Below, piece after piece: positions 27,825-42,800 of a DNA stretch of 64,000 nucleotides (position 1 is the stretch's first letter; every line of letters begins with the position of its first letter). The notes under the pieces were generated by a model. That model was not told the DNA's origin, ran no database searches, and was given only the letters and a program-made list of their open reading frames with translations. The translations under genes and the position numbers were made by a program. The DNA lies in contig CM120649.1 of the NCBI GenBank assembly GCA_051362555.1, forward strand, positions 17,126,567 through 17,190,566. The letters are read 5' to 3'. The DNA is from Lingula anatina. Taxonomy: Eukaryota; Animalia; Brachiopoda.

Positions 27825-30800
27825 ATGCAGTCATCTACTCTGGTGGGTATTTTGGTTTTCGGGCTGTTTGCAATGACATTTGCAAATCAGAGGTTGGAGC
27901 AGTTGAACGACATTACGTCAAAGGATGAACCTGAGGCACCACCGAGGAAAAAAGAAGATCACGGAACCATTCGAAAGAAGCTACAAGACGCTGGTGTATT
28001 GAAAGTGTTGGAAGACGAAGGTTTAGGCAAGTAGATTTGTCGACTGATTGCACGTAAAGTATGGTAGTCTTGGAGTAGTGAAAAAAATTACATGATGAAT
28101 TTCCAAGGTCGTTAACTGAGGGATTGTGCTCTGTTTATTTGATGAAGGAAAGGCAGTTTATTAATGTGCATTTTACTGATTCGTTCAAGTGATTGGTGAT
28201 GTATTTTAACAATTAGAATATCTAAAATTATTCTTCTTCCCAATTTAAATGATTAAAATTTTGTAGATATATTTTATCAAATGTGGTGAAATAAAATTCA
28301 CAGCAAGGTAATTGTGATATTTATCCGTACATGTACGAATCTTACATGACAAATAATCTCAAATAATCTTAAATGACGATAAACTAAAAAACATAGTAAG
28401 AGACCCAGAAGAGATGGCTAGAATTGAACTAGAGGTAATAAAACATTACCTAGAATGTACCTGAAACAAATTACAAAGGAATATAGTGTGAAGTTTCGGA
28501 GAAAGAGTGTTTTTTTCTCACGGATCGGTTGAAGAAATCAGATGGTGTTTATTTAAACGTTACTAAACTTCAAGTGCAAATAAATAATTCAGCCTTCGGT
28601 GATTCAGTCTTATTGATATCTCCCTCAGTGCCACTTATTGAGTTCACGGACGGTTCTGGGATATCAGGACAATACGTCGCTCGACTTCTGCCTGATGCAA
28701 ACTACGGTCAAAGTAAGTCAACGTATATAACTCCACCCTTTGCCGATTGTCAGCTTACGACTGGGTTCCCACAGATTTAGATTGATCTGGTTTTACCTAA
28801 CTCCCTGGGGGTTCATGCTAAATTGCTGTCAGCTTCCGGGAGCCGAGCGTGCACAGAAGTTAATTACCCCCTTACAGCTTTTAGTAGGCGGGGCAGACAT
28901 TTAAGCCGGTCATGCTGACAGCAATGTAGTGTGACTCCCCAGGGGGATAGATCGATTTAAATGTTTGTGGGAATGGTCTCTTAGGTCATATTTCTGCCAG
29001 CTCCTTTATTACCACTTCATAGGATAAGCTTTACTACTTTATGATAGAAGGCGACTTCATCGGTTAAAAATAAGGACCCTCAGGTGACTTCGCGATATTT
29101 ACCACTTCATGGGACATTTCTGCTTAAACATGTTTCAGTTCTGGTTGGGAGTGGAAATTAGGTGAAAAGGTCGATATCATGTTTAATTCGAATGTCGAAA
29201 ATGGCGCGAATTTTTGCTATTGGGGGGGGGGGTGTACATGTAACATTGTTCACACACACGATAGCGCATATTTTATCACGTTCGAGTTTTTTAAACCTGT
29301 TGTTTTCAGATGTTCTCGTATATACCCGTGAGTTTAACTTCTATAAAAATGTACTCTGTTTCAAGAGCTCCGTGTGAATTAAGGAAAGCCTAGCAAGTTC
29401 TTTGATTCGTCCATTTAGTTTTGAGATTTTTCAGATTTCAGGACAATTAAAAACTGTCAATATTTGGACGTTGAATCATGGTGGGTCTAGGACACTATAA
29501 GATAAACATAGTCAAGATAAACACATTGTCTGCCTTTAAACTAGGACATATAGCTGACCGTGGGTGATTTGATTGACGGCGTAGGTTTATAGTAACAAGA
29601 TTAATGCGTCTTCCCACTGTAGGTAGAGGGCTCTACTTGGTAGAGAGGTTTTAATGTTGCTCAACATTAATTGTGTAACATTTTTATCCCCGCACTTTTG
29701 GGACAAATGTCTGGGATCATGTTATCCTGCCCGTCCGTGCGTCTTTGTGTTAGTAATTTCCGCTATCTCCTCCTAGACTATTGCAGGTAGGAAGTTGAAA
29801 CTTTGAAAATTGGTAGACCCATCTTCAGGGATGTGCATGGAAATATTGGAATTTTAGTGCAACAGGGGGTTGGGCTGTCCTTGGGGGGTAGTTGATTCGA
29901 CACCAGGAAACCAAGGTAACAATATTTTATATTTTAATGCAATTTTAAAGGTATAATTTTAATAATAGAAGATTGTATCACCCTCGGTTCTTTGTTCTCT
30001 GAGCATGCCACATGGTTTAAACTGAACTTGCTTCTATAGATAAGTGTTATGTGCATTTCAACCCGGTTTTCTTCTTATAAAGTGCACATGATTAACATTA
30101 AAGATTATATAATTATTACTTGTCACGGCATTTTATTAAGAATCAGTAGAAAAGCAGTTTAATCAGTTTATCAGATTTAAAGTAGTATCATATTCGTTTT
30201 CTTTTTAGATTGAAAGTTATTGTTAGTAGACTTAAATGTCTGTTTGCTAAAGAACATATCTATTCTTTAGGACAACTTGAGATTACGTGCACAAGGGCAA
30301 AAGGGGCCAAAGTTGTGAGTGTTAAACTGTATTTACTGGTTTATTTAGATTAGAGACATGTTATTATAGTCTATTCTTTATGTTACAAATACTATATTAG
30401 AATTAATTTCTTATTTTTTGATATATTTCTATGTCACTACATTCATAGTGTGTTAAATGATTTAATTTAATTAATTGAGCAGTGTCATATTACAAGTTGA
30501 GTGTTATTGTTTACTTTGAGCCACTAGTAAGTGTAGGCTGTGTGTACAAATTGCCACATATAATATTTCCCAGTCAGTCTGAGTACAGTCAAGACGAGTT
30601 AGTTTAAGACAATGTAACAAGGTCAGAATATTGGTTAGACATTTTATTTTTCTTTGATTTTTGTTTAATTATTTTATCATTTCAGATTCACGGTAATTTG
30701 GTATTAAAATACTCCGGTATTCTGGTACTACCTATTAGTGAATAATGGTTCCATCATCTAGTTACATCATCTTGTTACGTCATCATTTCGTCAAACTCTA

Positions 30801-33800
30801 CAAATTGTACATTTATTTCTTTAACAAACCGTCTATCCCATTATTCGTGCTATACTAGTATTTCTTATGTAACTATAACATTAATGTTATTATTTTAAAT
30901 GACAAGCTGTCAAAATAAGCTTTTATTGATATGCAACATAATATTTCGAGAATATCTCGGTTGGTTCAAAAGAAAGACCCCCTGGCCTATATACTTAATG
31001 AAAATGTTAAAGGTCGGAAAGTCTGGAATCTAAATGTACTGAAACGGTCAGCTGTCCAGATAGATGGCGGAGAGAATGAAATACTGGGGATTCATCAAAG
31101 TGTCATTATATGAATGTGAATGGGTCCTTGAAAAATAGAAGGGCATCACACAGCACTGAACAGATACAGTCGAGTGCTTGAATGTAGGTCAAGGAATCCA
31201 ATTAAAAAATGATTGTTGCGTTCTAGGGGGAGATGGCAAAATTGATATAATGTATAAAATATAAATCATCCATCCCAGGAACAGAGACTAGATTCAGCCT
31301 ATGGTGTCGAGGTAACAATTCTATCCATATATTATTTCAGATCGTTTCAGTTACATTAAATAAATTCGTTGCTTAAGGCGTTACAGTCGCAAATTGCGTT
31401 TTCACTTATTTCTTTGGTTGCAAAATGAGGCTTTACAACTATCATGTGTAATGGGTCTCCGGGCTGCAGTTGCGATTATAGTTAATTTAAGCTCTAGACT
31501 TTCACATCAAAACCAAGTAACAGGGTATCAATTACAAGGGCTCGGGTAAGGTCGAAGCATGATAGGAATAAGCAATTATTCGCAATATACCTGAGACGCA
31601 AGGTTACTTTGCAACTTAACTTTTTCAGTTTTATCAATTTGTTCTGTATAAATATCATCCTACAAGCCTGTTGATCTCGCAGATCAACCACGTTAATTAG
31701 GCTGCTAAACAACAAATACCCCCGCTCCCCCGAACGCCTTATCCTTATTAGCAGGTTTCCAAATGCAGATAGGTAATATTTTCGGGCCAAAAGAGAGCCA
31801 GCCAGAACAGAGCCTCTCGGAAACCAATTAAGGGACAGACGTAGAGCATAACACTTGCGCGTGCCTTGCCTTATGGAAAAATTAGTATTTTCAGAGTGGG
31901 ACGCGACTTGATCAAGACGATTGTAGTACACAAGTATATGTCTTCACTGCTTCTTTTTCAGCACTATTATTTATTTATTATTCCTGTTTTGTTAATTCAT
32001 CTATCTTATAATCCCATAACCTAGGCGTAAATAATGTTTTCATAGCCTGGTTTACCTGATCCAGTAGTTTCACATATCAAGCGGATCCGGGAAGGGAGGG
32101 TTCAGGGGGGTCTGGATCCCCCCCCCTTTTTTTTTCAACGCTGACCAAAACCTCCTGTAAATATACTGGTTTTTTAGAAATCCTGGATCCTCACCTGTAT
32201 ATGCACAAGTATTTTAAAATCGCTCGAAGCATACACCCAATAGCACTAAAGTTGCTTCAGCAATCCTATTCAGTCATACAAGTTTGTTAATATATCTGAA
32301 ACCAATTTTGAATAATATTTACAGTACAAAAACATGATATTTAAAAAAACATTATCTTTCATAACGTAGGACCGACAGTAGGCACTCTCTTCACCATTAT
32401 CCCATGAAGTCGCAGGCAATATCTTATGTGGAGATGAAGTCGCATTTTATCCTATGAAGTCGATTTGACAGTAAAATCAGGGCATTTATCCCATAAAGTG
32501 GTAATATATACCATGAAGTATCTTAACATAACGTGCATGCATATCGGGACTGCTAGTTGTTAACAGCTAAGTTGTTAATAGTTGACGTGACCAAGCACGG
32601 TCAAAAGAAATACATCAGACAGCCTCCAAAATTGATAGAACAAATGTATTATATAGAATTCTAAATCCATCCTCCAAAGGCCTGCTGTTGTTTCTGAATA
32701 TGCTTATTGGAAAAATGGGCTGAATTGCTTATGTACACATATTCAGTTAGTTCAAGTGTAGATGTTTTTGTTGTGTACATATTGTGGAAATATGAAAGAC
32801 CTGGCAGGATGTAGCCTTAATTATTCATTTGTATTTAAAATGGTTGCTTTATCCAAGATGGCGTCCAAAAATCCATCAGTTCTTGCAATTAAGTAATTTT
32901 TTCTTTAATCTAAATTTATTGATATAGAAAAAAGAAATGTCATGATATACATATATATTAAAATATAATATCTGTTGTCAAAATATGTAGCTAGAATCAT
33001 TAAATTATTTGACACTAAATTTAAAATGAGACTTGAATGATACATATATTGAAACTTCAAACATTTGCTGACCTATATATATTTTTTTTCAAAAAAGTGG
33101 TATCTTGTTACGGTTTGGGGGCAGTATAAACCAAAAACTTCCGCCTTATAGCCTTCGCGGTTATGGCGGTAAACTTCAACTGAACGCCGCTGACGTTGAA
33201 ACACGACAAGCAAGCACGTACCACTTTGTTCTTATACGTTGGCATATTACCAGAAAAGATCTACCTCTGAAAGAAATGTTTAAAGTGACGTGATGTTGAA
33301 CGTTTTTAGATCGTGTTCACCTGCCATCTCAGCAGTGGTGTTTTTTCAGCTCACAAAATGTGTTCAGTTTCTATAAGGGAGCATTCACATCGAGAAGAGC
33401 CGAGGTCTAGTAAGGCCGCGACCTAAATATGGCAGACCACATGAAAGGGAGACCGCGTAATCCTTTAATGGTCTCTCAATGAATGTCATTTAGAGACCAT
33501 TAAAGGATTACTAGACCTCGGCTCTTCTCGATGTAAATGCTCTCTTATGGGCTAAGGTTTCGAAATAGCTCTACTATAGTGTATCCCCTTATGCATACCA
33601 TCTGTAAAGCATCAACCAGGAACGTTCTTATATTTTTTCATTTCTACCTCTAGTCCGTAAAATTATCAAAGGAGCTGGGCGAAGACAAGAAGTAAAGTTT
33701 GATAGAAAAAATCACTTCGTTGTTCTACGAAACATAAGTGACAGGTTTGGCTCAACGGATTCGTAACCATTTTGTTTTGTATTCGTTCTTGCGTAAATGT

Positions 33801-36800
33801 AAAATTTTTTCTTAATAATTGGAATATTTTACCTTCGTATTTCCTGTAAACTTCCGATATATTACACATGACATTAATTTTGAATTAAGAAAGTAATTTA
33901 AAACAAGCATTGTTCATCAATAAATGATCATATGTTTGTTTTACTAATGCAGACTGCATTAATGGATTTATCTTATTTTGTTTTGAGCGACCTACTAAGT
34001 TTGCGCCGACTCACAGGTGTCATTGAGGAACTCGAGCAAGATGTCAAGTTAAAACTAGACACGCGATTCTGCACCGACGACTACAGTTTATCAGGGATTG
34101 GTCGATGGGTATGTTAATGCTGATTTCCGGTCAGAAAGATCGATCTTATTACCTAAAGTTTTCAAATACCTTACTTATTCCTCTTTTTCTCAAGATTTGT
34201 CAATTTAATTACTCAGAACAATTCACTTTCCGTCACGAACTCCTCATTTTAAAAATACGAAAAATACACTATCGCTTACATTTTTTCAATTTTTATATCT
34301 ACACTTGTTAAAGTTGGCTTATCATAAATATACCTGTATTAGTTTTTTTCTAATTCCAAAGTGATATATACTAACTTAGTCATTTTTGCTATTCTGCCGT
34401 GACTATTTGGACTGTAAGAGACTATTCCCAGAGATTATCGCACTAACTTCGGATCGATATTTCTCCAAAGGGGCTCTCACTTAATTGCTATCAACTTAAG
34501 GAGGCCGAACGTGCACGGAAATTAATTACCCCCTAGCTGATTCAATAGGCGTGACAGTAGCTTAAGTTGATAGCAAATTAGCGTGAATCCCTATGGAGTT
34601 AGACCGATCCTGTTGGTTTGATCAAGCCATGGGAACCAAGTCTAATACGGGTCATTTTTCTTACCATCTCCATTAAAGATTCTTCCATATCTTTTTGAAA
34701 TTTTCCATTATATAGCTTGCTAGGTTTTAAGGCTGCTTTTTTACTTTCTATTGCATGAGCTGGCACTAAGACAGTTTTCCTCGCTGCTATTTGTCTGTAC
34801 ATTTGAAAGATTTGCTGCCTTGTTGTATACTCCAAACTTACTTGCAGGGGTTGGATCATCTTGATGATGTTCCAAGCAATTCCAAGTTTCATTGCTGGGG
34901 CGATGGAAATGGAATAGATGTATATGTGGTAGACACGGGCATCAATCCAAACCACGAAGATTTCACAGGGAGAGTTACCATTGGTGAGTATACCCGAAAG
35001 CATGCTAAAAATGCTGGAGAGGGATGGTGAGGGAAACACAAAGATTTACTTTGCAAATACGGTTTTGGATGCGTGTGGAATTCAATGTGCGGGAAATGGG
35101 AATTTATTTTGGGGTCATTTAAGGTTGGGCTAAAAGTAATGATCAGTAGCAAAATAACTCAAAAGTGAAATGATAAAACAACGCTGATGATACTAACAAT
35201 ATACGTATTTGCTTTCTCTAAATTTCATTTTACGAACTATAGCCTGATGATTGAACAAGACAGCACAGCTGTCAAATGTACAGACATGAAGTAGAAAAAA
35301 TGATGAACAAAAAATGTTATTTTGTCAATTTTAAAGCAATATGACATAATGCATAGTAGCATAATCAGCATCGATTTTCATTGATTAAGTGAATATATCA
35401 TGGACATGCAGAACATGTAACTAGCACAGTGCTTCAGGCCCATGTGAGTTCTAAGTAATACCTTGAAAATGTCAATATGTGGAGAATTTGCAATTGATTT
35501 AATAGTTCTGACATTCAGTTTGAAGTTTGAAGATATAGTCGAGTCGCCACTCCCATAGGCCCAATAGTCGAACCCTGCAATGTTCTTTCCTGTAAACTTT
35601 TTTAGCTGAAATGCATTCTTCAGGCCGAGAGAAGCAAAATTAGCTTGGTTGCTATTTCTGAGACCTTGAGCATTTTTCAATATGGCCGTCAATTTATGAC
35701 GAAAAATAGAAAAACGACCAGGAGTCGCCGGGTAAACTTTATTGACAGCTTTTTTGAACGTGTATCCTATCAGGAGAGCACAACAGTACTAGTGAATACG
35801 CTTAATCGCGTACCACTAAGCAAAAAACCAAAATGGCCGTCAAAACATAAGGCAGAAAATGATAAAAGCTGCAGAATCAGTTTTAGTCCATGAGCCAAAG
35901 GCCAAAAAATCCAATTTGGCTGCACCCCCCGTCAGGCAAAGGTTTTATGATTGATTCTTGTAGTTTAGAACCTGAATTTTTCATTTCTGCTTGTTTCCGG
36001 CTTGAAAAAGTGTCCGTTTGTACCGGAAACAGGCCAAATCCAAGATGGCCGCCAGTAAATTCATGTGTCAACTGTAAATACAAAAATTGATTTAAAAGTT
36101 ACTTAACAACTTAATATTATCAAAATTTGCACTGATCACAAGTACTTTGGCCTTCTTTGATTTTTCAGGCACTTTACATTTTTCAAGATGGCGACTGAAT
36201 CCAAGATGGCGGCCATTTTCCTTACTTTTTGTGAAAAAATACGAATACCTAAATTTGAATTTTTTTTTTATTAACCAAAAATTAGGAATATTTTACATGT
36301 TTTGATGTATTTGAATAAGTTGAAGTCTATATTTTTAATTTTTAACAGTTAATTTATCACAAAATTGTACCTTTGAACACAGATGGCTCTAATCCAAGAT
36401 GGCCACCACATAAAATGGGCTTTTTGTTTTGATATGTCAACAAGCCTTTCTCAGTATAAAACATCTCAGATTACTTAATGGAGGATTTATTGCACAGGTC
36501 ATGGTATGAAATGTATGACTGAATAATTTAAATTGTTTTGAGATTTTGTTCAGGGTATAAAAATCCAAAATGGCCGCCAATTTCTGGATTCAAAACGTAC
36601 ATTATTTTGATTTGCATGTTAAAAAACATTAATTGAATAATAAGTAAATTAAAAACATTTATTTTTTGATAAATTTATCTGTATTGAAATTTCATTTTGC
36701 TTCTTAGACACTTTATTCAGCCAAAAAGTGGTTAATTTTTCTTCATTTATCATGATTCCAAGTTTGCCATTGATAAAAATGAACTGCACGCTACCCGTAT

Positions 36801-39800
36801 GGACAATACCACACGTTGTGAGCCTTACTTAAAAGGCTATTTCTGAGCTTTATTGTTCAAGTTATGGAATGGAATATATAACTGAATGATTCAAAATGGT
36901 TTTAGGCTTATAGTTTTGGGTTGAAAAGTCCAAAATGGCCGTCAATTTCTGGATCCAAAACATACATTATTTTGATTTGCATGTTGAAAAACATCAAATT
37001 GAATAATTAGCAAATTAAAGATATTTATTTTTTGATAAATTTATCTGTATTGCAATCTCATTTTGCTTCTTGGACACTTCATTCTGTCAAAAAGTGATTT
37101 TTTTGCTTCATTTATCATGATTCCAAGTTGGCCATTGTTGAAAATGAACTGCAACTACCTGTGTGGACAATACCTCGTTGAGAGCCTTACTAAATTGCGT
37201 ACACAGTATTTCTGTACTTTTTTGAACTCATTTTTAAATTACTTTTTATCCTAAATAACTTTTTCTTTGAATTATTTCAAAGAAACTTTCTCAGATTTTT
37301 ACATTGCAATTGATATTCAAGATGGCTGCTATTACGTACATTAATTATGCTTACTTATCTGATTCATTACTAATAATATATATAGAGAGAGAAATTAAAG
37401 AAACATTATTTTAAAACCACTGTGATGTATCTTTAACATCCAGGCCTTTCTTGCTACTTTGACCATTCATATTTCCTTAAATTCATCATATTTTACTTGA
37501 TTGCCATAAATCAATGACGGCTACCAATGAAAAAGAGTTGATTATAGTGAGTTGATTATGAACGAAAGCTTTATGTCTTTCTAGATTTCAAATTGAATGT
37601 CTTTTTCATGCAATAATTCATCTACAGTATTGTTTAATTCAGTTCAAATTTTTGGAAGGCTACAGAATTGAACAAATGATCCCCTCTGATTTTTTGCCCA
37701 TAAATTCTCTGTACGTAATGAGAAAAAATCAAACTGCATTGAAAATGAATACAGAAGGCGTTATGTACGTTTTTGATGAAACTGTATATATTGCAGACTC
37801 CTTTTTCCTATTTTGGTATGATTTCGAAGCTTTCTCTATTTAAAATATTTCAAATGTTTCAAATATGACAGGATATCCAAGATGGCAACAATACCACTAT
37901 TAACTGTGAATTCTTACCATAAGCCATTCATGTAAATAAAAAAGTAAAAATAATCGAAATCAAATGTTAATTCTGAAAAGTTATACATTTAATTAATTTG
38001 ATTGAATTCCAGTCTCCTTTTGCTAGTAAGTAATGGCCAAAAACATCAATAAAGTCAAGATGGGGTGCCACTGCAAATGATTTTCAAATAATGGGGCTGG
38101 GACAATCATTACGTCAAATATTTCTTGAATACATAATTTTAAAAAGTTAAGACTTTATTAAGAAGTTTAATTATTTTATGTTTTAAACCAGTTTCATGTC
38201 TACAATATTCAATATGGTCACCACTCAAGTTAAGAGTCTTATGCAGCAATGAATGTCTCAATTTGGTATCCATAGTCTTCTAACGTCGGATTCTCTCATG
38301 GCTCATCTTTTTCATGTTTTATAAGCAAGTTCTGTTTTAGAATCTACAAGCAAGGGAGGTGTTACAGGGTTTATGTCAGTATTTCATGGTGATTTTGCTT
38401 CAAAGTCTGTTCATTTTGCTGTAGCGAGTTGTTGACCTCTTTTAGTCTTTCTTTGAGAGACAATTAGATTTAATCTACTTTGCTCTAGATAATGTTTACT
38501 CCTTTGCCAGTGTGTCACTGTGTGGAATTAAACAGGCTGCTTTTGCAAGTTTCAGTCCTTAAGTCTCAACCATGGTCTTCCTCTGAGATTGCTACCCAAA
38601 ACCAATTGGTCAAATAGTACAGGTGACAGCTGTTTTGGGATTTTGCTATGCAACATTCATCTAGTTCACATGTCCAAGTCAACTTAGTCTTCTTTAGCAC
38701 AGAAATGCCTGTTTAAAACTTCTGTAATAGTTACTCTGGCTTGCCTGATGATGCCAAAGGTTGTGTGCAAACACCTTTGTTTTAAGAGAGTGAGCCTCTT
38801 GCCCTGTGTTCAGGTCTCTGATCCATATACACACATGTATGCGGGAGCTTAGTATGCATGCTTTATTACCTCTTCCGAGAAGGTCACATTTTCACCTTCG
38901 CTTGTCCATTTGTTATGGTTTCTCAGATTGTTATCAGCCTAACTCAAAAATTTCAGGATAGACTGAAGTGTTCAGGATAGGTCATTTTTTAGGCTAAAAG
39001 TAAGTAGATTTTGGTGGTGATCTATTTGTTAATTAGTTTATTAAGAAAGTTTGTTTTAGTCTGTGTTTCTCCAATGTTTGGATATCCAAATATTTTTTCT
39101 CTCAACAGAATAATGTTGGATTTTAAAAGAAATAATGGAACATATTGAGCAGTACCTATCCGTGAAGTGCAAGAATTACCTGCACCTATATATACATTGT
39201 ATCATAAACATCATTTGTCATGTTGTGCTTGAACTCCTTCATCGTCACTTACATGTGCCATACATCATTCACCATCAATGTACTTCACTTTGCAGCACCA
39301 CTTCATGAGTTCCCTGAATGTATTATTATCCAGCACTGTTCTCTAAAGAGACAAAAGATGTTCTTGGAGATCCAGACATTTTCTTGCAACTTCTTTGCTG
39401 GTCTTACACCCCATTTCCATAGATTTTTAGATCGATCTATCCCTGTGGGGAGTCTCACTAGATTACTGTCAGCTTGGCCGGCTTAAGCGTCTGTCCTGCC
39501 TACTAAAAGCTGTAAGGGGGTAATTAACTATGGTGCCCGCTTGGCTGACTGCAATTTAGCGTGAACCCCCAGGGAGTTAGGTCGATCTAAATCTTAATCT
39601 CTAGATCGATCTAAATCTCTGGGAAAGCACCCTTAGTTTATGATAGTGATTGCTTCCCGGATTTATACATGTAGAATAATGCTACAGCTGCATGTTATCC
39701 ATCCCTTTTTTTCAGATAAATTAAAGATTTTACCTTTTGGTTGCTTGAGATTAGGATAATTCTGATTCTTCTTTACGATCAACACCTAGCAGAATGTGAG

Positions 39801-42800
39801 AAATCTTATCACTACTACTAGTAAGTCCCTTTTTTGACTGAGATCCTGGCTCTTTCGTCAAGCTTGACAGGGAACTTTCAACAAGCAATGTACCAGTAAC
39901 CCAAGTCCATTTGAAATGTAACAAAAGAAGTGCTATCATATGAAAATTAAATTTTACAGCCCACCCCCCATATAACAAACTATTGATCCTTAAGTTGTAA
40001 ATGATGTACGTCACTCTTGTTAGGGCATTTTGGGCATACATTTTGTCTGCAATATTGAAAATTGTCATTTTACTAACCTATATAGTTGCTGCTGAAAAAA
40101 ATTGCTGTCCCTTGTGTGTTATGCATCAATTTCTGTTCAAGAAAACGTCAAAGCATTTGAGATTCACTCAACCTTATTAAGCACAGGCATATATATATAT
40201 GCATGTATAAAATTACGACTCAACAGTGTGTTTTCATCCATGTTTACCTAAAATTCATTTTTGTTGGTGGCCATCTTGTATTTTTTTGATGATTGGAGCT
40301 TAGATAATTACTTTTTGGAAAAATTAGATTCTAAACAGTAAAAGGACACTGTAGTTTATCAAAATATAGTCTTTAATCATTTGCCCATCATTCAATTTGA
40401 TGCTTTTCAACATGCAAATCAAAATGTCGTTTGTTTTGAATCCAGAAATTGACGGCCATTTTGGACTTTTCAACCCTAAACTACAAGCCTAAAAGCATTT
40501 TGAATCATTCAGTTATATATTCCATTCCATACTTCAACAATAAAGCTCAGAAATAGCCTTTTACGTAAGGCTCATAACGTATGGTATTGTCCATACGGGT
40601 AGCGTGCAGTTCATTTTTATCAATGGCAAACTTTAGGGAATCATGATAAATGAAGAAAAATTAACCACTTTTTGACAGAATAAAGTGTCCAAGAAGCAAA
40701 ATGAGATTGCAATACAGATAAATTTATCTGAAAATAAATATTTTTAATTTGCTAATTATTCAATTTAATGTTTTTTAACATGCAAATCAAAATAATGTAC
40801 GTTTTGAATCCAGAAATTGGCGGCCATTTTGGATTTTTATACCCTGAACAAAATCTCAAAACAATTTAAATTATTCAGTCATACATTTCATACCATGACC
40901 TGTGCAATAAATCCTCCATTAAGTAGTCTGAGATGTTTTATACTGAGAAACTCTTGTTGACATATCAAAACAAAAAGCCCATTTTATGTGGTGGCCATCT
41001 TGGATTAGAGCCATCTGTGTTCAAATGTACAATTTTGTGATAAATTAACTGGTAAAAATTAAAAATATAGACTTCAACTTATTCAAATACATCAAAACAT
41101 GTAAAACATTCCTAATTTTTGGTTAATAAAAAAAAATTTCAAATTTAGGTATTTGTATTTTTTCACAAAAAGTAAGGAAAATGGCCGCCATCTTGGATTC
41201 AGTCGCCATCTTGAAAAATGTAAAGTGCCTGAAAAATCAAAGAAGGCCAAAGTACTCGTGATCAGTGCAAATTTTGATAATATTAAGTTGTTAAGTAACT
41301 TTCAAATCAATTTTTGTATTTACAGTTGACACATGAATTTACTGGCGGCCATCTTGGATTTGGCCTGTTTCCGGTACAAACGGACACTTTTTCAAGCCGG
41401 AAACAAGCAGAAATGAAAAATTCAGGTTCTAAACTACAAGAATCAATCATAAAACCTTTGCCTGACGGGGGGTGCAGCCAAATCCTTAAATAAGGCCTTT
41501 TTTCAATTTGGCTCATGGACTATTTGTTTTTTGCATATTTATTTTTATAAAAAACATATCCCCCTTTTTTTTATTTATGTTGATTATAATATTTTGTTAG
41601 TCATGACCCGAAACTCTTAGAATAAGCTTATCTGACAGTTCAGTAACCCCCCAAGAGTCTGTTTGCTACTTCTCCGGGTCCCATAGTCAAATACTTAGAA
41701 TGTTATTCCCTGAATTTTTAAAAAGAATTTAACACTTTGGGGGTATAAAAGCCAATTTAATTTGGGCTTTCTTGGCAGTGGCTAGATATGGAACATTGAT
41801 CAATTTTCAAAATTCAAGATGGCCGTCAATAATATAAAAATATATTATAATATCATTAGATTATAAATAAATAATTGTGTAACATAGCAAAGAGTCGGGT
41901 TTAAAGTGCATGATATTCCGCATTTCAAATGACCGCGAAAACATGCCCAAAAAAGGTAAAAAGCAGTTAATTAACGTTTTAAACTGATAATTCGGCGTAT
42001 AATAAAATATATCTAACCCTGTTATTTATTGACAAAGTGTACTTGTAAGGTACAGTTATACTAAAACTCTATAAAAGAAGATCATTGACAGGACTGACCA
42101 TTACGTAAGTTCTCTTTTTAATACAGAAAGTTTATCAAGGGCCAACAGGGGTTTCTGCAGGAATTTGGGCACAGGGAGTCCAAAATGTTAAATTGCAATC
42201 GGGACTCTTATATTTACATGGAGTCCAACCAAGTCCGTTGGTGGGGACGGGGGGTGGGAGGGGGGGTGAGTGTAATTTAATTTAACTTTTGTAAAAATAT
42301 TAACCTTATCATTTTTTTCGTTTTTGTTTTTATATTGATCATACCTTAATATTTTAATCTTATATCTTTATCATAACTTTTTCAGTATGTACATAAAATT
42401 TAGCTTTAAAACTTACCATTCTTTTTGTTGAGATTGGCACGTGTAAGAATATTTCATCAGTATATAACAGTATTTCTTGTTTTTCTTATTACTGCACTTT
42501 TTTAACTTTGCATTTTTAAGAGTCAATAAGCAAAACATCTTACAAATCTTTGGTTATATACTGACAGCCATTAAAATCTTTGAGGCCATATTTTTCAAAA
42601 TAATTGTTATTTTGAAGCTCTAAACTGGATTATTTTGATATGAATCATTTGTTTAGGACATTGGTATACAGAACCAAAAATCTTAAGTTTCATGAATAGT
42701 TGCAAAACAAAAATGGCACCAGCCCAACACAAAGTCACAATGGTCAATAACCGGTACGATCTCCGCTTGCTTCGATGCAGGCGGCGATCTGTTGGCGCAT

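Larger units (their letters stand above)
35884..41522. mobile_element. Inner long-TIR DNA transposon (Academ-like), 5.6 kb, inserted in the left TIR of the outer element
   Basis: Termini tagtccatgagccaaa...tttggctcatggacta with a 3-bp ttt TSD (35881-35883, 41523-41525). Highly similar ~1.1-kb TIRs (35884-~37000 vs ~40390-41522); the same spurious peptide appears on both strands in the ORF track. Confidence 0.9.

Noticed and set aside
31494-31931. 145-aa minus-strand ORF in intron 2 of protease C
   Set aside because: Non-ATG start, no recognisable motif, and it lies inside a probable transposon.
35890-36090. Identical small ORFs on opposite strands (35890-36090 / 41307-41516; 35645-35893 / 44852-45058) as a duplicated gene
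   Set aside because: They are translations of the two arms of terminal inverted repeats and show no protein motif.
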